Shown here: one piece after another, positions 38,089-46,377 of the stretch | Numbering within the stretch: the first letter of the stretch is position 1 | Layout of the letters: the number at the start of each line of letters is the position of its first letter | NCBI GenBank assembly: GCA_049322915.1 | Contig: JBMOPW010000020.1 | Span: 128,001-192,000, forward strand | Length of the DNA stretch: 64,000 nt | Direction of reading: 5' to 3' | Origin: Candidatus Zhuqueibacterota bacterium | GTDB lineage: Bacteria > Zhuqueibacterota > Zhuqueibacteria > Thermofontimicrobiales > Thermofontimicrobiaceae | Notes under the pieces: model-generated | The model's database searches: none | What the model was told of the DNA's origin: nothing | Seen by the model: only the letters and a program-made list of their open reading frames with translations | Translations under genes and position numbers: made by a program

Positions 38089-41000
38089 ATGAAAAAAGTT
38101 TTTCTGTTTACACTCATGGTGTCAATTTTGTTAACTTCATTTGTTTTTGGGCAGGATGCAAAGATGTACCGGGGTGATCGGACGACTTTGCAGACCGATG
38201 TCAACGATTTTGTAGGGTATGTGCCCAACGCAATTGTTGTGAAATTCAGTGCCTCTTCATTGAATACTATCGAAACATCCTCGCTTTTGCAGGGCATCAC
38301 AGGCAACAGGCAGATCGATGCGTTGAATCAGAAATACAATGTCCGGGCGTTTCAGGAAATGTTCCCCAATGCAGAAACCAGGTTTTTCGAAGGCAAACGA
38401 GTTGAATTAGCTGGCTATTATCGAATTACGTTTAAATCCCAATTGAAAAACGTCGAACAGGTTGTCGCGGAATATGAAGCGATTCCCGGCGTTGAAAAAG
38501 CTGAACCGATTGGCGTTCATGCGGTTCATGCCGATCCCAATGACGGCAACTATTCCGATCAATGGCATCTCAACCAGACCAACGACAATGACGTGGATGC
38601 TCCTGAAGCCTGGGATGTTGAAACCGGCAATTCCAGCATCATCGTTGGAATTCTGGATACCGGCGTTCGGTATTTCCACAAAGACCTTGGCGGCGCCAAT
38701 GCGTCGTATTCCAATCCCCAGGGAACGGATGGCAACATGTGGATCAACTGGACCGAGAAAAACGGTACGACCGGCGTCGACGATGACGGGAACGGCTATG
38801 TGGACGACTGGGTAGGCTGGGACTTTGTGAACGATGCGGATGATTATTACTATCCCATCTGGCCTGGTGAAGACGGCGATGTTGAAGACAACGATCCCCG
38901 CGATTTTAATGGACACGGCACGCATTGCGCCGGCAACGTGGGCGCCATCAATAACAACGGCTACGCGACCTGCGCGCCCTCTGGTGGCTGGGGAAGCGAT
39001 GGCAATGGCGTGAAAGTTATGGCCCTGCGAGTTGGCTGGTCAGTGAAATACCTCCGCAAGAATTACGAAGTCGGACTTATTCGAATGGATTTCGCTGCTC
39101 AGGCCATGTATTACGCTGCCAACAACGGCGCGAAAATCATCTCCTGCAGTTGGGGATCTTCCAACAGCGGCGGTATCGAAGATGCTTTGAATTACTTCGT
39201 CGGCAGCGGCGGATTGATCTTCAAATCAGCCGGCAATAGCGACAACGAAAGCACCGATTTTATGACCGCGCGAAGCGATGTCATCGCCGTTGCGGCGAGC
39301 GACCAGAACGACTGTCGCTCCGATTTTTCTAGCTACGGCACCTGGGTGGATATCACCGCCCCCGGCACGGACATTTTGAGCCTTTACGAAAACCATGCGG
39401 ATACCCAGAATGACTACGTCGCAACCTTAAGCGGCACTTCGATGGCGTCGCCATTGGCTGCCAGCGTTGCAGCGTTGATCTGGTCACAGAATCCCGGTCA
39501 GAGCGCGAACGATGTAAAACAAAAACTGTTCGATACTGCGGACAATATTTATACTGAATCATGCAATGCCAGCTATGCCGGCAAATTGGGCGCTGGCCGC
39601 GTGAATGCGTTCGAAGCTGTCAGTGGCTCAGGACCGGTTGCGCCAACCGCGCAATTCTCCGGCGCCCCTGTTTCTGGGAACGCGCCACTGGTCGTGAATT
39701 TCACGGACATGTCGACCGGCACGGTTGAATCGTGGTCATGGAACTTCGGCGATGGCGGCACCTCGACCTCGCAGAATCCATCTCATACCTACTCGGCCGC
39801 TGGAACGTACAGCGTCGAATTGACGGTCACTGGCCCGGCTGGTTCCGATTCTGAACTGAAAACAAATTATATCACCGTCACCATTCCTGCGCCGGTTGCG
39901 GCATTTTCAGGAACACCAACTTCCGGAACCGCTCCGCTGAACGTGAGCTTCACCGATGCGTCCACCGGAAATATCAGTTCCTGGTCATGGAATTTTGGTG
40001 ATGGCGGCGCCTCGACTGCCCAGAATCCAAGCCACAGCTACGCGGCGGTTGGCACATACACGGTTGCGTTGACCGTGACCGGCCCCGGTGGTTCGGATAC
40101 TGAAACCAAAACCAATTATATCACTGTCAATCCTGAACCAGTACCTCCAGTCGCAGCATTTTCAGGCGTCCCGACATCAGGCAATGCCCCGTTGTCCGTG
40201 GTTTTCACGGATGCTTCGACCGGTGATGTTACATCCTGGTCGTGGACATTCGGTGATGGTGGTACATCTACCGCGGAAAATCCGACTCATGTTTACAACG
40301 CTGCCGGCGCCTACACAGTCGCGTTGACCGTCACCGGCCCGGCCGGCTCGGATACAGAGACGAAAACCAATTATATCACTGTTACAGTAGCAGCCCCGGT
40401 GGCCGCATTCTCCGGCACACCAACATCCGGCACAGTGCCACTTACAGTGAATTTTACCGATGCGTCAACTGGCAGCGTTTCAAGCTGGTCATGGAATTTT
40501 GGCGATGGTGGAATGTCCACAGCGCAGAATCCATCACATCAATATACGACTGCCGGAACCTACACCGTGTCGCTGACAGTGACCGGCCCTGGCGGCTCGG
40601 ACACTGAAACCAAAACCAATTATATCACTGTCAATGCGCAACCTGTCCCACCGGTGGCGCAATTCTCAGGCTCGCCCACTTCAGGGACCGCCCCGCTCGC
40701 AGTGAATTTCACCGATGCTTCCACTGGCCAAATTTCAAGCTGGTCATGGAATTTTGGCGATGGCGGCACGTCGACGCAGCAGAATCCGTCTCATACCTAT
40801 TCCACCGCTGGCACATACACAGTCGCTTTGACAGTCACCGGCCCGGGCGGTTCAGACACGGAGACAAAAGCGAGTTATATCACCGTGAATCCAGGCGCTC
40901 AGAATTTAATGCATGTCAACGACGTCAAAGTGACCAAAATTCAGGTGCTTAAAAAATGGAATTATGGCAAAGCTGAAGTGCAAATCGTCGATCAAAACGG

Positions 41001-41568
41001 CGCCGCAGTCAGCAACGCGACAGTTACCGGCGAATGGACACAGGGCGCAAGCGGCACTGCCACCTTCACCACTGGCTCCAATGGCTGGGGCAGCGTATCG
41101 ACTTCCTACAGCAAAACCGCGACAGTCTATTGCTTCAGGGTGACCAATGTGACAAAGACCGATTGGACCTATGATTCTGAAGCCAACGTCGAGACCTGGG
41201 CGTGCAGCGACGGTTCTTCCGGCCTCGATATATCGCTACCGAAATTGTTGACCAGTCAGGCGCCTGTGGTTTCCGATGAGGCGCAGTTGGATGAAGACGA
41301 TATCGTCGCTTATCCCAATCCGTTCAATTCTTCCACAGTGATCACGTTCTTCGCTCCATCCGCCGGACGGGTGACCGTGGATATTTACAACATCCTGGGT
41401 GAGAAAATAACCACACTCATCGACCAGGAAGTTCAGGTTGGTCCGACCACAGTGCGCTGGAACGGAACCAATGCGAACGGAGACATTGTGAGCGGCGGCT
41501 ATTATTTCTACAATATCCGATTCAACACTGGACAGACTATTACCAAGAAAATGTTATACCTAAAGTAA
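38089..41568 (+). CDS. S8 subtilisin-like serine protease with five PKD domains and T9SS type A/FlgD-like CTD
   Basis: Triad ILDTG, HGTH, GTSMASP; five W.FGDG PKD units; CTD YPNPFN...IYNILGE...WNG...TKKMLYLK. Confidence 0.95.
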   Translation: MKKVFLFTLMVSILLTSFVFGQDAKMYRGDRTTLQTDVNDFVGYVPNAIVVKFSASSLNTIETSSLLQGITGNRQIDALNQKYNVRAFQEMFPNAETRFFEGKRVELAGYYRITFKSQLKNVEQVVAEYEAIPGVEKAEPIGVHAVHADPNDGNYSDQWHLNQTNDNDVDAPEAWDVETGNSSIIVGILDTGVRYFHKDLGGANASYSNPQGTDGNMWINWTEKNGTTGVDDDGNGYVDDWVGWDFVNDADDYYYPIWPGEDGDVEDNDPRDFNGHGTHCAGNVGAINNNGYATCAPSGGWGSDGNGVKVMALRVGWSVKYLRKNYEVGLIRMDFAAQAMYYAANNGAKIISCSWGSSNSGGIEDALNYFVGSGGLIFKSAGNSDNESTDFMTARSDVIAVAASDQNDCRSDFSSYGTWVDITAPGTDILSLYENHADTQNDYVATLSGTSMASPLAASVAALIWSQNPGQSANDVKQKLFDTADNIYTESCNASYAGKLGAGRVNAFEAVSGSGPVAPTAQFSGAPVSGNAPLVVNFTDMSTGTVESWSWNFGDGGTSTSQNPSHTYSAAGTYSVELTVTGPAGSDSELKTNYITVTIPAPVAAFSGTPTSGTAPLNVSFTDASTGNISSWSWNFGDGGASTAQNPSHSYAAVGTYTVALTVTGPGGSDTETKTNYITVNPEPVPPVAAFSGVPTSGNAPLSVVFTDASTGDVTSWSWTFGDGGTSTAENPTHVYNAAGAYTVALTVTGPAGSDTETKTNYITVTVAAPVAAFSGTPTSGTVPLTVNFTDASTGSVSSWSWNFGDGGMSTAQNPSHQYTTAGTYTVSLTVTGPGGSDTETKTNYITVNAQPVPPVAQFSGSPTSGTAPLAVNFTDASTGQISSWSWNFGDGGTSTQQNPSHTYSTAGTYTVALTVTGPGGSDTETKASYITVNPGAQNLMHVNDVKVTKIQVLKKWNYGKAEVQIVDQNGAAVSNATVTGEWTQGASGTATFTTGSNGWGSVSTSYSKTATVYCFRVTNVTKTDWTYDSEANVETWACSDGSSGLDISLPKLLTSQAPVVSDEAQLDEDDIVAYPNPFNSSTVITFFAPSAGRVTVDIYNILGEKITTLIDQEVQVGPTTVRWNGTNANGDIVSGGYYFYNIRFNTGQTITKKMLYLK
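39643..40890 (+). repeat. Five tandem intragenic PKD repeats (~250 bp each)
   Basis: TGGTCATGGAA(C/T)TT(C/T)GG and AC(C)GGCCC recur at ~250-nt spacing. Confidence 0.9.
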
Positions 41569-41589
41569 TTCTCAATTCGATTTTAAAAT

Positions 41590-41626
41590 CAGGGCGCCGG
41601 CTTTCTATGCTGGCGCCCTGGTTTTT
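41590..41626 (+). terminator. Intrinsic terminator
   Basis: CAGGGCGCCGGC/GCTGGCGCCCTG stem plus GTTTTT. Confidence 0.9.
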
Positions 41627-41810
41627 ACCGAAGCATCTGACCGAATCCTATTCCTGATCCCCTTGATTTTAGTACCATTTCCGGAAGCTGATTTTATTCG
41701 ACGTGACGAAATCCCTGAGAGAAGCTGAACTCCCAATCATTGGGGATGTTGTTACAATGACGCCCGAAATCAGGTGTTCTCCGGACATTTGATGTTATCC
41801 CTGATTACCC

Positions 41811-42069
41811 GGCTATGCCCCGGCGACGACACCGGCCGAAGCGACGCTGGGAATGGCTGTGAAGAAATGCGGCCGCACCACCTGACTCACGTTTGGGACG
41901 GTCACCGGCGTGAATGTAACGATTGTCGTCAACTACATGCCGGCCGGGTATGCCCGTTTTGAAAACCCAGCCTGTGGCGCTTCATTTTGCCGGAGGCAGC
42001 ACTGCCGGCTACGGCAATCCCATTCAGCCAATTCTGGATTATTTTGGCGTGACGATTTACAATAATTAA
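41811..42069 (+). pseudogene. Decayed Nal1-like trypsin-fold serine protease (C-terminal part)
   Basis: GYAPATTPAEATLGMAVKKCGRTT*LTFGTVTGVNVTIVVNYMPAGYARFEN, then a frameshift to PVALHFAGGSTAGYGNPIQPILDYFGVTIYNN*. The GDSGS catalytic segment is missing. Confidence 0.75.
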
Positions 42070-42087
42070 GCAAGCGAAGCAAAATTC

Positions 42088-42125
42088 ACAGGGGGATTTC
42101 TTGCTGAAGAACTCCCCCTGTTTTT
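42088..42125 (+). terminator. Intrinsic terminator-like hairpin
   Basis: ACAGGGGGATTTCTT/AAGAACTCCCCCTGT stem plus T-run. Confidence 0.75.
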
Positions 42126-42151
42126 ATTCAATCAAAGGAAAGGAGAATACA

Positions 42152-42370
42152 ATGGACAGACCAACGATCGAAGAGACCAAAAAGAAATTTCAGAAGCAAA
42201 TAATGGCCATCCGCGGCGTGGTGGGACTGGGCATTGCGCTGGAAAATGGCGATGAGGTGATCAAAGTGATGGTCGCGAAACATACCAAAGCGATCGATCA
42301 GAAAATTCCGAAAGACCTGGATGGCTATCGCGTGGTCATTTCCGAGACAGGTATTATTCGCGCATTCTGA
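42152..42370 (+). CDS. Small protein resembling a stand-alone Nal1-type protease N-terminal domain
   Basis: Strong RBS AAGGAG; IMAIRGVVGLGI...IKVMV...IPKDLDGYRVVISETGIIRA. Confidence 0.75.
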   Translation: MDRPTIEETKKKFQKQIMAIRGVVGLGIALENGDEVIKVMVAKHTKAIDQKIPKDLDGYRVVISETGIIRAF

Positions 42371-42706
42371 CGGTTGGATGAAACAGCGATTCATTTGCTC
42401 GTTCGAAAAGATACCGGATTTGAGGCTGGACGCGCCGACCCGTTTGGTTCAACGGCAGTGGTTTGAATAGACAGGCTTTCCGCGCTCCGACGACTGAAAA
42501 TTATCTTTCAACAATTCTTGCTGCAGCATTCCCGCAACGTGCCTGACTGAAATTTTTCATTCATGTCATATAAATTTCATTTGAATTTTACAAAATATTT
42601 AGTAACTTATAGACCGAAAATTCACAGCAAATATATTTTGCGCGTTTTCAGAACGATATTATAGTGTCATGAAAATCAAATCTTATTTGATTTTAGGGAT
42701 TGAAGA

Positions 42707-44383
42707 ATGATAAGATTAATCAACTTAGAAATTGACAACTTTCGATCAATTATTAGCACGACTTTACAAATTGAATTTTCCAATATAACATCGGTAATTG
42801 GACCCAATAATTCTGGAAAGTCAAATATTCTTCGTGCGCTACAACTTTTTTTTAATGGTAAAATAGATAATAAACCGTATACAGCTGATCTTGATTATCC
42901 AAAGAATTCAAGTTTGAGTCCTAGTAAACAAACAAAGATTACAGTTACTATAAGCTATGAACCTCATAGAGAAACTATTATCAATAATGCAATTCAAGAA
43001 CTTGAAAATAATTCTGGACAGCAGAGATTAGATAATAATCAAGTTAGGTTGAGACTATCTTATTCCAAAAAGGGAATCGAATCATGGCAGTTTATAGGTC
43101 GTGGAGGAGCACGAAATATCTCAAAGGAATTGATTAACAAAGTTAGAGATGCTGTACGTTCTTCGGTAAGATTTAAGTATATTCCTGTTGGACGAGATAT
43201 TAAAGAAACGATATATTCTGAATTAAGTGATGAATTGATCAGAACAATTTTTAGTGGCTGGAGTGGACAAATTCAATCAAGACAAGCGATAAATAATGCA
43301 ATTCAAAATTTAATTATGTCTTTAGAACCTAAATTAAATGAGACTAGTAATTCAATTACTCACTCAATAAATGATGCTTTCCAAGAAATACAAAATTTAT
43401 CATTTTCTCTACCATTTAATGATTTAGAAAGTATGTTGCCGTCATTATCGCTTAATATAACAGATAATTATGAAACAGGATTAACTGAAAAGGGTGCAGG
43501 TATTCAAACAAGTAGTCTAATTTTTCTTTTAAAGTATTTAGCAGATAATCATCCTCAAAGACATAACTCTAGAGTAACATTTTTTTGGGCTATTGAAGAA
43601 CCAGAATCGTATTTACACCCCGCAAGACAAAAAAATATCTCATCAATTTTAAACAGTTTCTCAAGTGAAGTGCAAACTATTATTACTACGCATAGTCCAC
43701 ATTTTGTACCAAGAACAAATAAAGAAAAATCATATATCATAGAAAAAAGTAATGATGAACCCTATTCTACGATGATAATAGGTCAAGATTATGAGCTTGC
43801 AAGAAATTCTCTTGGTGTAACATTACTTGATTCCATGTATTTACAACAAATAAACATCGTTGTTGAAGGTCCTTCTGATGAAATCGTACTCCGAAATGTT
43901 ATTGAGAAAGCATATTCTAATTCTCAATTAAATCTTGATCCAACAGAAATAAAATTTTTCCCATCTGGGAATGCTCAATCAGCATGCTATTTATATGAAT
44001 CACTTAGATATTTTGGGGATTCAGATCAAACTAATATCTACTTAATAATTGATGGTGACGATGCAGGTCGAAAGGCACTAAATGGATTGATAAATAGACT
44101 GAGAAATATATCTGGAATAACAATCAAAGCCAATAAAGATTATTTTCAGTTGCCGATTGATGTAGAGAACTTGACTCCACGTCGGATAATTGAAATATTA
44201 GAGCAGGAGAGACCAGCTCAAGTTCAGGTTAATCGTGATACAAACAGTCAGATTACTTTTTTTAAAATATTAGACAGTCATAAAAAAGCTGTTGCTAGAC
44301 GAATCGGGGAGCTAATTCAAGAAGAAGAACTAAATGAATATTTGACCATATTTAAAACAATAGAATCACTTTCGCAGATATAA
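42707..44383 (+). CDS. OLD-family ATP-dependent nuclease (ABC ATPase + TOPRIM)
   Basis: NFRSI, Walker A GPNNSGKSN, signature KGAGIQ, Walker B AIEEPE, TTHSP, TOPRIM VVEGPSD and DGDDAG; visibly AT-rich. Confidence 0.9.
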   Translation: MIRLINLEIDNFRSIISTTLQIEFSNITSVIGPNNSGKSNILRALQLFFNGKIDNKPYTADLDYPKNSSLSPSKQTKITVTISYEPHRETIINNAIQELENNSGQQRLDNNQVRLRLSYSKKGIESWQFIGRGGARNISKELINKVRDAVRSSVRFKYIPVGRDIKETIYSELSDELIRTIFSGWSGQIQSRQAINNAIQNLIMSLEPKLNETSNSITHSINDAFQEIQNLSFSLPFNDLESMLPSLSLNITDNYETGLTEKGAGIQTSSLIFLLKYLADNHPQRHNSRVTFFWAIEEPESYLHPARQKNISSILNSFSSEVQTIITTHSPHFVPRTNKEKSYIIEKSNDEPYSTMIIGQDYELARNSLGVTLLDSMYLQQINIVVEGPSDEIVLRNVIEKAYSNSQLNLDPTEIKFFPSGNAQSACYLYESLRYFGDSDQTNIYLIIDGDDAGRKALNGLINRLRNISGITIKANKDYFQLPIDVENLTPRRIIEILEQERPAQVQVNRDTNSQITFFKILDSHKKAVARRIGELIQEEELNEYLTIFKTIESLSQI

Positions 44384-44587
44384 AATATTTATTATAACAA
44401 TTGACTTCACTTGGTATAACCGCTGATGATGAATTCTATAATTTTGAAAATTTAATCGTTCATTACTTTAGTATAATACGGTGTAACGGTTTTGCAGGTG
44501 AGCCGCCCGATAAATAGCTGCATGATTGAATCATGCGTTGTTGCCATGTTGAAATGAGTTTGAACCCGGAAAAATAAGGAGTGGCAG

Positions 44588-46246
44588 ATGGATGAATTAT
44601 TGAAACAACTGAACCATATTGTTGGCCAGGACTATGTCATAAGTCCTGATAAACCCGAGTATTTCGCCTATACATTTGGGGATGCGACGATGTATCGGTC
44701 CAAGCCGGAGGTGATTGTCTACCCCGGCGCCGTGGAGGAAATTCAGCAGATCGTGAAGCTGGCGAATGAGAAAAAGATCGCTGTCACGACGAGCGCCGGA
44801 CTCACCGGTCTGTCCGGAGGCGCCATTGCGCAAAAAGGCATCCTGCTCAATGTATCCCGGTTGAGGCGCATTGTGGCCGTGGACGAAGTGTCCAAAACAG
44901 TGACGGTTGAGCCTGGCGTGAGTTGCGCCAAACTGAACGACTATTTAGCGCAATACAGATTGATTATCCCGGTGGCGCCGGCTTCGCATTTAATCTCGAC
45001 GTTAGGCGCCAATATCGCTGAGGCTTCCGGCGGAACGTTCGGCATGTCCAAAGGGACATTCAAGAACTATTTGCTCACGCTGAATGTGGTTGACGGTCAG
45101 GGAAATCTGTTTCAAACGGGCAGACCGTTCCCCAAGCAGAGCACTGGTCCGGATCTGACAGCGCTTTTCCTCGGTTCTGAAGGGACTATGGGCATCATCA
45201 CGGAAATGACCTTCCGCTGCGACTACCTGCCTGAGGATACCTGGACGATTCGCTGCCAGTTCGAAGATGAATCTGCGCTGCAAGCCATTCACGAAGGATT
45301 GGCCAGGGAGAAAATCGAGCTGTTCTCGTTCGAATATATGGACGATAAAATCATGAAGTGCCTGGGAAAAGAGCACATGCTGCTATTGCTGCAAACCGCC
45401 GGCTCCAAACAGTGTTCGAAGATCAATGCCGAAAAAGTGGTTGCGCTGCTCGAAAAGCTTCATCCCATAGAATTGAAATATACCAACGATCCCAAAGAAG
45501 CGGATGTCTTGTACACGGAGCGCAGAAGCGCTCTGGGCGCGCTGGCTAAAGCGGACCCGAATAAGCCGGTCATCGTTCAATTCGATCCGGTGCTGCCGCT
45601 TCACAAATTCAACGAGGGCGTGAAAAAAATGCGCGAGTTGGCTGCCCGCGAAAATCTTGAATTGATCATTTACGGCCATGCCGGCGATGGCAATCTCCAT
45701 CCCAGTTTCATTGTCGAAGATGATATTGAGCAGAAGAAGAAGGCCCGGAAGGTGATCCGCGAGTTCGACGTATGGATTGAAAAAGAGGGCGGTGTGTATG
45801 CCGGCGAGCATGCCGTTGGTTTCTTCTTAGGACGCGGTCAGGATTTTATCCGGCCGGAGGTCGGCCGATACCTCAGCGCGATCAAAGATACCTTCGATCC
45901 CAATCACGTTCTCAATCCCGGGAAAATTGTGCATATCGAGGAACCGTCCCTGGAACTGGAACCGGTCAAAGAACAGTACAAGCCCATCGCCGCAATCTGC
46001 TCGCTGTGCGCCAAGTGTCACCTGTGCAAGAATGACAGCCCGAAATTTGCCCAGATGCCATTCGAGCACAATACAATACGCGGGCGCATTGCCATGATCG
46101 ATTCGGCAACGCGCGGGAAAATCCCGTTCGACGAGATCAAACCATTTGTCGCGGAGATGGAGCCCTGGACCAAAGGGATGAATTGCCCGACATTCATCAA
46201 GAACAGAATGGGCGAGTTGATCTCGCTGAGTCTATCCGAAGTCTGA
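44588..46246 (+). CDS. FAD-linked oxidoreductase (GlcD/D-lactate dehydrogenase family) with C-terminal Fe-S segment
   Basis: TGLSGGA, GSEGTMGII, GHAGDGNLH, GEHAVG, FDP..VLNPGK, CAKCHLC. Confidence 0.9.
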   Translation: MDELLKQLNHIVGQDYVISPDKPEYFAYTFGDATMYRSKPEVIVYPGAVEEIQQIVKLANEKKIAVTTSAGLTGLSGGAIAQKGILLNVSRLRRIVAVDEVSKTVTVEPGVSCAKLNDYLAQYRLIIPVAPASHLISTLGANIAEASGGTFGMSKGTFKNYLLTLNVVDGQGNLFQTGRPFPKQSTGPDLTALFLGSEGTMGIITEMTFRCDYLPEDTWTIRCQFEDESALQAIHEGLAREKIELFSFEYMDDKIMKCLGKEHMLLLLQTAGSKQCSKINAEKVVALLEKLHPIELKYTNDPKEADVLYTERRSALGALAKADPNKPVIVQFDPVLPLHKFNEGVKKMRELAARENLELIIYGHAGDGNLHPSFIVEDDIEQKKKARKVIREFDVWIEKEGGVYAGEHAVGFFLGRGQDFIRPEVGRYLSAIKDTFDPNHVLNPGKIVHIEEPSLELEPVKEQYKPIAAICSLCAKCHLCKNDSPKFAQMPFEHNTIRGRIAMIDSATRGKIPFDEIKPFVAEMEPWTKGMNCPTFIKNRMGELISLSLSEV

Positions 46247-46377
46247 TTCACTCGGGATTGATTTAGAAGCAAGTTCATTGACATCCGGTCGCGCATGACC
46301 CTGTCGCGTGTGCGACCGGATCGCTCCCTGATTCCGTACACACCATATCGAAAATCGGCAAGCATAGGAGACCGTGG

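Noticed and set aside
41883..41885. TGA at a conserved Gly position (GRTTG), suggesting UGA=Gly or selenocysteine recoding
   Set aside because: Intact genes here end in TGA (e.g. mmdC, araA), and the same remnant also has a frameshift and deletion, so it is a simple nonsense mutation.
42707..44383. Gabija, retron or PARIS system
   Set aside because: No GajB helicase, reverse transcriptase or separate AriA/AriB pair adjacent; only a solo OLD gene is supported.
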